From the NCBI RefSeq assembly GCF_006345805.1, contig NC_043009.1, positions 47,616,001 to 47,680,000 on the forward strand: a DNA stretch of 64,000 nt. Reading direction: 5' to 3'. Made by a program: the position numbers and the translations under genes. Source of the stretch: Octopus sinensis (taxonomy: Eukaryota). Below the pieces are notes generated by a model. It searched no databases, was not told the origin of the DNA, and saw nothing but the letters and a program-made list of their open reading frames with translations. Of this stretch, positions 36,846-49,290 are shown piece by piece (position 1 is the first letter of the stretch; the number at the start of each line of letters is the position of its first letter).

Positions 36846-38325
36846 ACCTGTGACATGATTACTTTTTATTGCAAGTACTTTCGAAATAACATCTACAAAT
36901 TTGTGCTGTTTTAAAAGATCTGGTTGGCATGGTGATAAAGGGAGTGAGATGATAATAAAATGTTAAAGGGTTGATTGTGCACCACTCAGTATTTTGATGA
37001 TAACTCCACCCCACATGAGGTTATGGTGATGGCTATTGGACATTAGGGAGGGTACCAATTGATATTAACTTGACAAGTCAAATATATAAGGACAGCTAAA
37101 AAAAAAAGGGGGTATAACATGGAAGGTAATCTAGCATTACAGCAGACCGTGAAGTACTTCTGTGCAAACATTGTAAAGATTATTAGTGTTGTTGTTGTTG
37201 TTGTTATGGTTATAGGGTAATTTTAGTCAAAGCTGTTTGACTAGATGTATGGCACGAAGCTAGCTATGCAAATGCTTTTTAGAACATTCAGTCAGCTTTC
37301 TAACAGTGTTCCTTATGTCTTGTGTGTGTGTGCATGCATGTGTGTGTGCATGTGTGTGTGTGTGTTTGTATGTGTGTGTGCGTGTGCGCATGTGTGCACA
37401 GATGTATGTGAGCTTTGCTCGTTACTGCAGCTGATATGACATTTGTGCATTCCTTATCGATAATGTGATAGGCTGCGTTGCATTTTCAACAACCTGTGGA
37501 ATAGAAAAATTGAACAATCCTTGTTCTACATGTTCTGCATTATTCTACATGTTCCTCCTGTAGTGTCTAATAAATTCCTCTGTCCAAACAAAACCCTGTC
37601 AGGGAAAAAAAAAACAGGCATTACATGAACAGATGAATGATTGCAGGTTTAACAGTGCAAATACTTTTCCCCCCTTTTTTTAAATGACTGTTGACTTAAC
37701 TGTGGCCTTGTCAGATGGTAGTTGATTTTAATGAAATCTTCCGCCACTCTGTCTCTGTGTGTGTATGTCTTTCTGTCTGTCTGTCTGTCTGTCTCTCTGT
37801 GCATGTGTGTGTGTGAGTGCGCGCGTGCGCGTGGTTTTTGACATGTTCATCCTTTTTTAGAAAAGGTAAACATATTTCCGGTAGATGCTGGCTACTATAC
37901 TGAGCAAGTTGCACAAAAGTCTGTGTAGATCCCTCTCTGCACTGTTTTTTAATGGCCCTTCATCAGTGACACTTCTCCTAATGTCAATAATATAAAGTAC
38001 CAATCAAGTTCTGGTGTACTCAGTTAATTCTTCCCCATAAATTTGTGGCATTGTGCTGGTATCGAAAACAGACAACATCATTGTGATTATCATCATCGTC
38101 ATCATCATCATCATCTTTATTATTATTCTATCCTGTTGATTTTCATGATTTCATATAATGGAATTTTTGAAATCCTCCCTCATTATTTTCCATAATATTC
38201 CCTTCATCCTTCCATGTACAACAATAGAACTACCTATGAAACACTGAATCAATATAACCAAAAAGTTACCTAAAATGTGAGATCTTGCACCTAAGTTATT
38301 AATTTTTATCCAAGATACTGTAAAC

Positions 38326-38584
38326 CAGTGGTTCCTAAAGATTTACAGGTTGCTGCCCAGACAACATTCCTAGCACCCCACCCCCACTTACCACCTCAAA
38401 CATAGGCCATTTCTTCTGCATCAAAGTCAAAGCAACTAAATTTCACAAATAAAACTTCACCTCATTAATCTGTTATTTTGTTGTTTTTAACATCCATTGC
38501 TCCTTTTTGTCACCCCCATTATCACCCCCACTTTTCTTCATCCCCTGCCCCCGATCTTTCCACCACCCACGTTGGGAACCACTA
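38326..38584. mobile_element. hAT-type MITE
   Basis: TIR cagtggttccta / tgggaaccacta; 8-bp TSD ctgtaaac / ctctaaat. Confidence 0.75.
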
Positions 38585-38698
38585 CTCTAAATGATAGTCT
38601 TAGAAGAATAGCTAATCATTTACTCACAGAACAGATTTCTATTTTGTATTTTCTTCATATTTTTATGGCTTAGTTAGTACCCATGACCATTTTTGCAG

Positions 38699-38768
38699 GA
38701 TCTTGAAGACTGGTAGTAGAAAGAATGGAAGTTTCTTCAAACCAGAGACTTGGCCACAATACTTGCAG
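38699..38768 (+). CDS. Candidate plus-strand exon ILKTGSRKNGSFFKPETWPQYLQ
   Basis: Acceptor ccatttttgcag, strong donor CAG/gtaaga; 70 nt, only phase 2-0 is open. Confidence 0.55.
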
Positions 38769-39330
38769 GTAAGACCTAGCAACTGGAGCACTCTTATGTA
38801 ATTCAGTTATATCTCTGCTGGGATTCCACAAAATTTCAAACCAGAGACTTGGCCACAATACTTGCAGGTAAGACCTAGCAACCAGAGCACACTTATGTAA
38901 TTCAGTTATATCTCTGCTGGGATTCCACAAAATTTCAAACCAGAGACTTGGCCACAATACTTGCAGGTAAGACCTAGCAACCGGAGCACTCTTATGTAAT
39001 TCAGTTATATCTCTGCTGGGATTCCACAAAATTTCAAACCAGAGACTTGGCCACAATACTTGCAGGTAAGACCTAGCAACCGGAGCACTCTTATGTAATT
39101 CAGTTATATTTCTGCTGGGATTCCACAAAATTTCAAACCAGAGACTTGGCCACAATACTTGCAGGTAAGACCTAGCAACCGGAGCACTCTTATGTAATTC
39201 AGTTATATCTCTGCTGGGATTCCACAAAATTTCAAACCAGAGACTTGGCCACAATACTTGCAGGTAAGACTTAGCAACTGGAGCACTCTTATGTAATTCA
39301 GTTATATCTCTGCTGGGATTCCACAAAATT
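38737..39330. repeat. 99-bp tandem repeat, 6 near-identical units
   Basis: Units start at 38737, 38836, 38935, 39034, 39133, 39232. Confidence 0.97.
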
Positions 39331-39730
39331 TCTGTCTAACTAAAGTTCACTTCTAAGTCTTTAGTCAACCCAAGGCTATGGTAAAAAACACTTTAGTCTT
39401 TAGTAAACCCAAGGCTATGGTAAAAAATACTTGCTCAAGGTGTCACAATTTCATGGCTTCAAAACTGAACTCCAAACTATGGAGTTGTGAAGCAAACTTC
39501 TTAACCACACAAACATGCCTGTTTAACCTAAGTAGTAATATAATAATAATTGTTTCTAATTTAGGTACAAGGCCATCAATTTTGAGGGAAATAGGTCATT
39601 TTATTTTATCTACAGCAAAAGGATGAAAGGCAAAGTTGACCTTGGCCAAGATCTGAATTCAGAATACAAAGAGCCGGAGGAAACGCTTCTAAACATTTTG
39701 CCTGACATGCTAACAATTCTGGCAGCTCAA
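39330..39730 (-). mobile_element. Degenerate SINE A head followed by SINE B
   Basis: cccaaggctat..acttgctcaagg; aaaggcaaagttgaccttgg..gaattcagaa. Confidence 0.7.
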
Positions 39731-40499
39731 TGCCTTTAGGAATATTACAACAACAACAACAACAATGACGACGACGACGACGACAACAACAACAACAACA
39801 GCAACAATAAATGACTCTTTTAAACTGATAGGTTCTGATGTAACAGAATATTAATAGGACACAAAAACAATATATTAAATACAGTAGCTGGACCCTTATC
39901 CTTAAGTGAACAAGACAAATACATAGATACATCACACATCTATATTATATGGTAACTGTACTTGCATCTGTACTCGTCTATGTAGGTGTTTGTGTTTATA
40001 CTGATAATGTATCTGTGCACACACTGGTGTGTATGTAATTCCGCATGTACGAAGAGGCAGTACATACGCATGTATTTTCAACTGATGCATCTCTTCGGTA
40101 GCGTAGTTCTCCGATTGCTGACTAATCTTCATCAACATGATGTAGAAATGGTATTATTAATAGTTAATTGGCCTTTAAATGAACGTAGTAGCTAGATGAC
40201 ATGCTAAGCAGCTAAACACACCATTGCAACAAGGCTATAGCACGCCATACAGCTACATGTCACAAACATTCAATAATATATGCAAGAGAACTGTTATGTT
40301 GTTATATAGCATGAAATATAAAGCTATCTACATGGAATCGTGGCTGCAGCTACATCAACATTTTGGTGCTATTCATTATACAACTGCAAGTTCTTTGTTA
40401 TAAGAAGTGAATATTGGTTAAAGTGTGTGGCGTTTATATAATCTATGCAACATTGAAAAAGCAGATGTTAATGGCACATAGACTGTTATGCGCTCACAC

Positions 40500-40503
40500 A
40501 TAC

Positions 40504-40559
<56 letters not shown>

Positions 40560-41251
40560 GTGCACATATACACATGCACACAGATATGTATACACTTTAC
40601 ATGTAACCACAGATGTATATGCAAAGACAAATGCACATGCACACACACATACACATACATAAGCATATACACTTTACATGAAACCACAAATATATGAGGA
40701 AAGACATGCACACACATAAATACATGTATATCCGCAGACACATACATAAACTTACACACTCACACACAGATATACACACATGCATCTATATGCACACGCA
40801 TACATATACATACACACACACACACATGCATAACAGTATACACTTTACATACAACCACAAATATATACACAAAGGCACACATGCACATAAACACGTATGT
40901 ACACAGACACATACATAAACTTACACACATATGCATATATATGCACACGCATACATACACACACACACACATGCATAACGGTATACACTTTACATAACAA
41001 CCACAAATATATACGCAGAGGCACATATGCACGTATGTACACAGACACTTATATAAACTTACACACTCACACACAGATACACACATATGCATATATATGC
41101 ACACGCATACATACACACACACACACATGCATAACGGTATACCCTTTACATAACAACCACAAATATATACGCAGAGGCACACATGCACATAAACATGTAT
41201 GTACACAGACACATACATAAACTTACACACACACACACACACAAGCTCATG

Positions 41252-41296
<45 letters not shown>

Positions 41297-41310
41297 ACAC
41301 GTGCACACTG
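40500..41310. repeat. Complex CA/TA-rich imperfect tandem repeat (about 150-bp units with tacactttacat..aaccacaaata)
   Basis: Motif recurs near 40590, 40668, 40839, 40982, 41137. Confidence 0.85.
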
Positions 41311-41588
41311 ATACTGTCAATTTGCTTCGGAGACAATTGTTGAGCAAGTCAGAAGGGAAGTATTTAGTTGGTGGGTGCGGGGGAGGGGGAGGGGAGGGCA
41401 GGTGGAATAGCAAATTCTGCAATAATCTACGCAGACAGCAGAAATAGTGTATTCAAACAGAATCAACTCACCTGATTACAAAAAAAAAAATATATATATT
41501 TAAACATTGTAAGCTTTGCAGTTGAGAAACAAAACATGTGTAGGAAAAAATTTCTTACATATTCTTCAAGTTAACACACACACACACA

Positions 41589-41633
<45 letters not shown>

Positions 41634-42272
41634 CATACACACATACGCATAGACATAGAGTTAAAACAGCAGTCACATGTCATGGGAATAACAAAGGAAA
41701 ATGTGACAAAAGAAAAGAAAGATAGAAAGATTGTAAAAACTAAAACAATATATAATGGTAAGATGGAAAGAGAAAGAAACTGCGTAAAGGAGATAAATTG
41801 AATTCTATTTGTGGAGTGTTAGTCGTAAGACAATTAGTATTTTCATAATACTTCCTTCACATTTTTACAATGAAAATTGTAAAAAGAAATCCTTTTTTTA
41901 AATATGCCTAAAGTATATCACACAGAAATATAGAATATGGAGTGGGGGGGGGGCATCAAATATGACCCCAAAAAAAACTGTATTGCTCTGTCTGTTGTCA
42001 CCTCTATAGCTTACCTCTAAGCTCTACAAAAGGACCTTTTGAAGAGATTGTATTCCGGAAAGGAAATAGCAACCAAAAGACAGAAAAAAAAAAAAAAAAA
42101 AAAGTTGGTCACCCGGCACTTTACAATAATGCAGTTTAAACAACAGAGAAGACAAGTAAACTAATAACGTAGCAAAAATAAATAAATAGATAAAAAAATA
42201 AATATAATGCAAATTTGATCTTATCACCAGCAGCAAGGACTTATTTTTAAAAGAGGGTGTGTGAGTGTATGT

Positions 42273-42310
<38 letters not shown>

Positions 42311-42394
42311 CCAGCTTTAGATTCATGGGGAAAAGAGGAAAAAGAAAATGTATGGCGCCAAATTGCAGTCTACACCAACTATAATCATAATAAT

Positions 42395-42784
42395 GGTTTG
42401 AAATTCTGGCACAAGGCCAGCAATTTCAGGGAGGGGGTTAAGTTAATTACATCGGCGCCAGTGCTCAACTGATACTCATTTCATTGACACAGAAAGAACA
42501 AAAGGCAACGTTGACCTTGGTGGAATTTTGAACTCAGAACATAGCGGCAGACAAAATACCGCTAAGCATTTTGCCCAGCGTGCTAATGACTACTGGAAGC
42601 ACAATGCTTCAAATTTGAGGGAAGGGATTAAGTTGATTACATCGACCTCAGTGTGTAACTGGTACTTATTTAATCGACCCCGATAGGATGAAAGGCAAAG
42701 TCAACCTTAGTGGAATTTGAACTCAGACAAAATACCACTAAGCATTTTGCTCAGCAAGCTAACGACTCTGCCAGATCACTGCCT

Positions 42785-42787
<3 letters not shown>
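42395..42787 (-). mobile_element. Two tandem SINE B copies ending at (TAA)n
   Basis: Family B cores; (AAT)n at 42788-42841. Confidence 0.85.
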
Positions 42788-42842
<55 letters not shown>

Positions 42843-42845
<3 letters not shown>

Positions 42846-43225
42846 TCTTTTTTTATTTGCCACAAAGATGATGGAAGAGTAGAAATTACAAGGACAAATT
42901 ACATAAATGGTAGGGGTGTACAAAGAATTGATTATGGAAAAAAACCAATAAAGAATAAAAAAAATACAACATTATACAAATGGCAGGAAATGAATTATTC
43001 CAATAGGGACTCAATCAACTAGGATCAATCAAGGAACTCCCCCATCCCCATAGATCCAGCATTACTCTAAGTACCAAAGTCAAGTGCTCACTCACTAGCA
43101 GCAATCTTATTTGAACCTGAAGGCAAGGTAGACCCAATTACATGAACCATTCTCATCATGTTAACCAAACTGTCACCAGTTTTACCAGAGGGCAGCACTT
43201 CTCGTTCTCTCCCCCCATCACTCTT
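42843..43225 (-). mobile_element. 5'-truncated copy of a related Tx1 subfamily
   Basis: REREVLPSGK..VNMMRMVHVIGSTL resembles ORF2 end LERKVLSDSK..VNCARLACINGPVL; 3' end ctttgtggcaaataaaaaagaa then (TTA)n. Confidence 0.7.
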
Positions 43226-43290
43226 CTCTCAAAGTAGAATTTGAAGAAAATTTAAGAAAAAAAAAGGTCGTTTGGCAAAAAGCTGAATGC

Positions 43291-43462
43291 GGCGATTTGG
43301 CAGAAACGTTAGCACGCCGGGCGAAATGCGTAGCCGTATTTCGTCTGCCGTTACGTTCTGAGTTCAAATTCCGCACTGGGGTCGGTGTAATTAACTTAAT
43401 CCGTGTGTCTGTCCTTGTTTGTCCTCTCTGTGTTTAGCCCCTTGTGGATAGTAGAGAAATAG
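43291..43462 (+). mobile_element. SINE B with internal deletion
   Basis: 14-bp TSD aaaaagctgaatgc (43277-43290, 43463-43476). Confidence 0.9.
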
Positions 43463-43789
43463 AAAAAGCTGAATGCTCGTATGTTGTCTTCGATAGGAGA
43501 GTCCATCATTATTATTATTAGTAGTAAAAGTAGTAGTCGCAGCAGCAGCAGCTGCAGTATGTAATTAACTGGAATATAAAGTAACTGCAAAGGGGTGGAA
43601 ATGGGGAAAAAAAAAATCAACCATGCACTGTAGATAGCAAAAAAAAAAAAAACTAAACCATATGAGAATACATATACGGGCATGAGAATTGGGGGCTTCC
43701 ACACACTAGATATTAGCAAGTATTATGAAATACCAACAGAAAAAAGGTGGATAAACATATACAAGGAAAGGCCTCAGTGAATGTCATAG

Positions 43790-44248
43790 CAGCCATACTT
43801 CAATATGTACCAATCTCCACAGACAGAAATATCAAGGCAAACTGGCCAGATATTAGTCTCCATGATTACCAGGAATGGAAGTGACATCTAATCAAAGGAT
43901 CAGTGTCAACTGACAATAATTTATCTCTAAAAGAAATGAAGGAATTATTCAAATGTAAAGATCTTGGAAGAGATAAAACCAGAATGTGGTTACATGAATC
44001 AGAAACCATTCCTCTAATAAGTACGCTGGGAAATACTGAAGAAATGTATAGCTAAATACATAACGGAGACACTATGACTTACAAATACACACAGCTTGTA
44101 GAAAACAGTGCTGAGAGTAATCTCTACACAATGGAAAATACAAAACCAAAATAAAACACTGCACATGCTTAAGGTGCACAGATCTGCACTTTATAGTACT
44201 GTGGATACATGATCAAAACACTACAGAAAATAATAATGATGATGATGG

Positions 44249-44300
<52 letters not shown>

Positions 44301-44520
44301 AAAGGAGGGAGCTGAGAAGTATATTAAGCAACTCTCTGGTAACTCCAGTCTCTGCGAACTACAAACGATAATCTTGATGGGTACAGCCCATATATTAGGG
44401 AAAGCACTTTCCATCTAAAATGGAATAAATGTGGTGACAATTTTAGCATGCATAGCCAAACCAAAGTGCTCTTGCCACTCTTGGCCTCTGGAGGATGCCC
44501 GGTACTAAAGCAGCTGAAAT
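43790..44520 (+). mobile_element. Dong/R4-clade LINE 3' fragments (restriction-like endonuclease domain)
   Basis: TDRNIKANWPDI.. (PD-D-K-like); LQTIILMGTAHILGKALSI*. Confidence 0.8.
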
Positions 44521-44679
44521 AAAGTTATAATGAAAGGAAACTATATATGATAATAATAATAATAATAATAATTATGGGGATGATAATAATAATAATAATA
44601 ATGGGGATGATAATAATAATAATAATAATAATAATAATATTTGATGGCATGCACTGCTCCCTCACACAATAGTAATCTG

Positions 44680-45141
44680 TAATGGTTATGCCTATAATAA
44701 TTGGTGCATTGGGAACTATAAGCAAAGATATAGATAAATGGTTGAAGGAGACTGGAATAAAATGTCGTGTAGAGCTTCTAGAGAAAGTTTGCCTCTTGGG
44801 GACAGGAAAGATTATCAGGAAGGTTCTAACCACTTAAAAGACTATTGAAAGATTGTGGATACCTCAGGTTACATGTAGTAACCTGCTACCCACATAAAGG
44901 TTGTCATCGGAGCATTGGGTTCAATACCACCCAATTTAAAAAAAAAAACATCTGAAAACTTTAGAAATATCCTACAATCTAAGTGTATTGCAAAAGTTGG
45001 CATTACTTGGAATTGCATGCACATTGCGTAAAGTACTGTCTGTCTGAGGTCCTTATTGTGACTTGACAAGCAATTAGAAACCCCTGGTAGACACAATATC
45101 TTCTATCAACAACCTCACAATATTGTATACTGAGTGACGTC

Positions 45142-45142
<1 letters not shown>
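44680..45142 (+). mobile_element. Two further Dong/R4 3' ends of different subfamilies
   Basis: PIIIGALGTISKDIDKWL..LLGTGKIIRKVLTT*; VVIGALGSIPPNL..LQKLALLG..LRKVLSV* then UTR and (TAA)n. Confidence 0.85.
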
Positions 45143-45206
<64 letters not shown>

Positions 45207-45207
<1 letters not shown>

Positions 45208-45698
45208 CTTGGTATAAAAGATAATCTTGGTATAAAAGATGGGCTACAGCAAATATTCTGCTCAATACCACAGATTTGCTTGTCAGTTGTTTGACCTTAA
45301 CCAGTTGAGCATTTCCCTTAGTGGCTGACGATATGTGCATCTCTGATCACGAGCAGAAGTAGTGGGGGTGCATCATAGCCATGTGTTGAGAGGGATTATT
45401 TGGGGTTTGAATAATTCACCTCTGGAAACATGGGTGGTTCTTTCAACATCCTTAAACAATCCTTATTTAGGGAACTTTTGAGCGGGATGGGCTACTCAAC
45501 CTGAAGAAAATTCTAACTGGGCCCCACCCGCAAGGTCGTGTGCTGATTATCTTGATATGAGATCACCATGTCGCGCACATATGGTTGTGATGCATGTGCC
45601 TGGTGTACCTTTATCAGACGGGTAGTCATGATGGGTATATTGGGCTTCGTATATTTTACCCCAGTGTCACTTTGATGGCATGAACTGCTCTCTCACTC

Positions 45699-45700
<2 letters not shown>
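45207..45700 (+). mobile_element. Non-coding 3' region of a (TAA)n-tailed element (same family as 24697-24790 and 44638-44675)
   Basis: Ends cactttgatggcatg.actgctctctcactc-(aat)n; flanked by (TAA)n on both sides. Confidence 0.7.
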
Positions 45701-45749
<49 letters not shown>

Positions 45750-45753
<4 letters not shown>

Positions 45754-45965
45754 GCTTCAAATTTTGCCACAAGGACAGCAATTTGAAGGGAGGGGATGAG
45801 TCAATTATATCGACCCCAGTGTTCAACTGGTATTTATTTTATTGACCCTGAGAGGATGAAAGGCAAAGTCGACTTCAATGGAATTTGAACTCAGAACATA
45901 GCAATGAGTGAAATACTGCTAAGCATTTCATTCAGCATGCTAATCATTCTGCCAGCTTGCCATAT
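45750..45965 (-). mobile_element. SINE B
   Basis: Family B core; tail abuts (TAA)n. Confidence 0.85.
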
Positions 45966-46382
45966 TGCTAATAATAATAATAATACGATGATGATGGTGA
46001 TTGACGAAGACGACGACGACGATGACGATGATGATGATGATGATGATGATGATGACGACGATGATGATGATGATAGAATTCAAGCAGTAAAGACCTACCG
46101 AAATGAAAAGTACCAGTAAAATTGGACACATGATAGTACATATGTCAATTGCGGTAAACAACCATAAAAGCATGGCTTTACATTGCCAGTTCTTTCACAA
46201 ACTGGATGCTCTATATTCAAATATAAAATGAATTAGAAAGGTTAGGACAGTGGACTCACGGTTGTAGGATTACGGTTTTGATTCCTAGACCAGATGTTGT
46301 GAGTGTTTATTGAGCAAAAAAAATAAAGCTCCATGAGGCTCCGGCAGGGGATGTTGCCAAACCCTGCTGTACCCTTTCACCA

Positions 46383-46542
46383 TAGGCGCAGCGTGGCTGT
46401 GTGGTAAGAAGCTTACTTCCCAACCACATGGTTCCAGGTTGTTCCACTTTGTGGCACCTTGAGTAAGTGTCTTCTACTATAGCCTCAGGCTGACCAAAGC
46501 CTTGTGGGTGGATTTGGTAGACGGAAACTGAAAGAATCCTGT

Positions 46543-46580
<38 letters not shown>

Positions 46581-46805
46581 TGTGTGCATGCATGTGTGTA
46601 TATGTGTGCATATCTGTGTTTGTCCTACTACCATCACTTGACAACTGATACTGGTGTGTTTACATACCCGTAACTTAACGGTTCAGTGAAAGAGATTGAT
46701 AGAATAAGTACTAGGCTTACAAAGAATAAGTCCTGGGGTGGATTTGTCTAACTAAAGGCAGTGCTTCAGCATGGCCACAGTCAAATGACTGAATAAGTAA
46801 AAGAA
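46383..46805 (+). mobile_element. Full-length SINE A
   Basis: taggcgcag.gtggctgtgtggtaag..caaatgactgaa. Confidence 0.88.
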
Positions 46806-47129
46806 AAAATATAAGAAAAAAAATCTATCTCTGGCCTTAAAGAACTGGTTTTGAACAGCTGTAGTATAAACTGAAATTAGCAGCAAATACATACATACTG
46901 AAAGTGATGTTATATATACATATGTGTATTTGTGTGTGTGTGCATTCCTTTCACTAATGTGAACCGCATAAAAAAAATTAACTATAAAACCAGAGCTTAA
47001 CAAACGAAGTCCCTTGAGAAAGTTGTTCAGCATCAAATCACTCATGCTGTCAGTAATAGAATGAAAACAGTGATCAGTCTATTTGAAATCTGTAATCAAT
47101 GATGGCAATGTTCACAAATTGTGATGTAT

Positions 47130-47420
47130 AATAAATAAATATCAAAGCGATGGGAATAGATACTCAGGAAGAAATGAAGCATGGACAAATGAAAACTATA
47201 AATATAAAAGAATACTACAGGTGCATTAAAGTACTGTATGTACACGAAGAACAGAACCAATCACAACAACAATGAAACTGTACAAATGTTGTAGATGTCT
47301 CAGTAATTAATGATTTCAATATAATAATTTAGAAATTAAATGAGCAAAGGAACAAAGATGGCAAAAACAAGGTTTTAGAATACACCACAATCAATCTGAT
47401 GTAATCAAAAGGAGATGATG
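47130..47420 (+). pseudogene. Highly decayed Dong/R4 RT-region fragment
   Basis: Traces of EYYRxIKVL..NIINxK motif; many stops. Confidence 0.4.
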
Positions 47421-47494
47421 CACACAAATATAAAATTATTGAAAAATAATTACAGCCAAACTAAGACCATAATTATGGTTAAATTGCACTCTGT

Positions 47495-48370
47495 TGATTA
47501 CAGTGGTGATGGTTCTAGTTTGATCCAGTCAATGGAACAGCCTGCTTGTGAAATTAACATTTAAGCGGCTGAGCACTCCACAGACATGCATACCCTTAAC
47601 ATAGTTCCCAGGGAAATTCAGTATGATACAGAATATGACCAGGCTGGCCCCTTTTTGAAATATGGGTACAGTTCATTTTTTCCAGCTGTGTGAACAAGGG
47701 CAATATGAAAGATAGTGTCTTGCTCAAGGACACAATGCACGGCTGAGAACTGAACTCACAAGCTTATGATTGTGAGCCGAATACCCTAACCACTGAACCA
47801 CAATTAAGAAAGTACCTAATAGGTGCAGGCTTGGCGATGTGATAAGAAGTTTGCTTCCCAACTACATAGTTCTGGGTTCAGTCCCACTGTGTGACACCTT
47901 GGGTAAGTCTCTTCAAGTATAGCCTTAGGCTAATCAAAGCCTTGTGAGTGGATTGGATTTGGTAGACAGAAACTGAAGGCAGCCCATCATGTGTGTGTCT
48001 TTGTGTCTGTATTTGTTTCCTCACCACAGCTTGACATCTGGTGTTTATGTCTCTGTGACTTACTGGTTCAGTAAAAAGTAAGACTGGGCTCGATTCATTT
48101 AACAAAAGTCCTTCAGGGCAGTACTCTAGCATGGCCACAGTCAAATGACAAGTACAAAGATAGAATAGAGCCTTAAAATTTTGGCACAGGGCCACAAATT
48201 TTAGAGGAATGTGAAAGTTGATTTTATTGACCCCTAGAGCTCAACTGGTATTTATTTAATCAATCTCAAAATGGATGAATGAAAAAGTTGTCTTGAGCAG
48301 AATTTAAACACAGAATATAAGGAGATGGAGGAAATGTTGTTAAGCATATTGTTGGGTGTGCTAAGGATTT
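47495..48370. mobile_element. SINE cluster: C (-; 47495-47805), A (+; 47820-48165), B (-; 48170-48370)
   Basis: Family motifs as above. Confidence 0.8.
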
Positions 48371-48479
48371 CTGTCAGGAGCATAAAAAATACAAAAAGAA
48401 AAAAATTAGGTATAACACATGTTATACCTAATTCAAGTAGCTGAGGATATGAATAACACAAATACATTGAAAAAGTAAA

Positions 48480-49010
48480 GAAAATACAGCATGAAGTAAA
48501 ACCTCACAGATGGAATTAAAGAGAGTTGGTAAAGTAAACCCCCTGCATAGTTAGAATATAGGGACAGTTGAAAAGTAAACTCCTGCATAGTGAGTATCCA
48601 TAGACAAGGGGATATGACAAAGGTAAATTGAAAAAGAAGTAAAAGATATGTGGTTAAATTGTTTTTTTAATTGTTGTGAGTTGGAGGAAAGGGCTTTGCT
48701 CATAGCCTTTGCAGGATCTCCAAAACAGGTGAGAATAATAGTTAATATTCTTCTTGAAAATTACATATTGATGGTTGTAAGTAAAAAAAAAAAAGACATG
48801 AGTAGAGAGGAACTTCCAGGGTGTCAATTCTGTAGGAATGAAGGACTGGGCAAGGTAGTTAGTGTGGTACATGTAGGGGTGGTCGTAGAAGGCTGTTGAA
48901 AGGGGAAAAAGAGAATTAAATCAGGAGTGCTTCAGCAGAACTGGAATGAGCTCAGAGTGGAATAAGATCAGTCAGATCTGAGGAGCAGAGGCCACATAAG
49001 CAGCAAGGGT
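48480..49010 (-). mobile_element. CR1/L2-group LINE 3' end
   Basis: HTNYLAQSFIP..W..L..TYN..IFKKNIN resembles the C-terminal consensus. Confidence 0.65.
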
Positions 49011-49039
49011 TGTCAAACGATGTTGAAGGAACAAACATA

Positions 49040-49060
49040 GACACACAAACATATACACAC

Positions 49061-49120
<60 letters not shown>

Positions 49121-49290
49121 ATGATAGGCTTCTTTCAGTTTCCATCTACCAAATCTACTCACAAGGCTTTGGTCAGCCCGAGACTATAGTAGAAGAGACT
49201 TGCCCAAGGTGCCACGCAGTGGGACTGAACCTGGAACCATGTGGTTGGTAAGCAAGCTACTTACCACACAGCCACTCCTGTGCCTATAGT
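49040..49290 (-). mobile_element. SINE A 5' part
   Basis: Consensus head and CORE-like segment. Confidence 0.88.

Noticed and set aside
37425-37980. Several minus-strand acceptors with short open frames (VVENATQP.., RSVTDEGPLK..)
   Set aside because: Donors are weak or phases do not chain convincingly; undecidable without RNA data
38670-39326. 218-aa minus-strand ORF with 33-aa repeats
   Set aside because: A 99-bp unit with one stop-free frame gives a long ORF automatically; no ATG start or splice context; the splice signals are on the plus strand
40414-41447. ORFs rich in H/T/Y/C/V (up to 220 aa), and poly-I/Y/E/K ORFs elsewhere
   Set aside because: Translations of CA, TA and trinucleotide microsatellites
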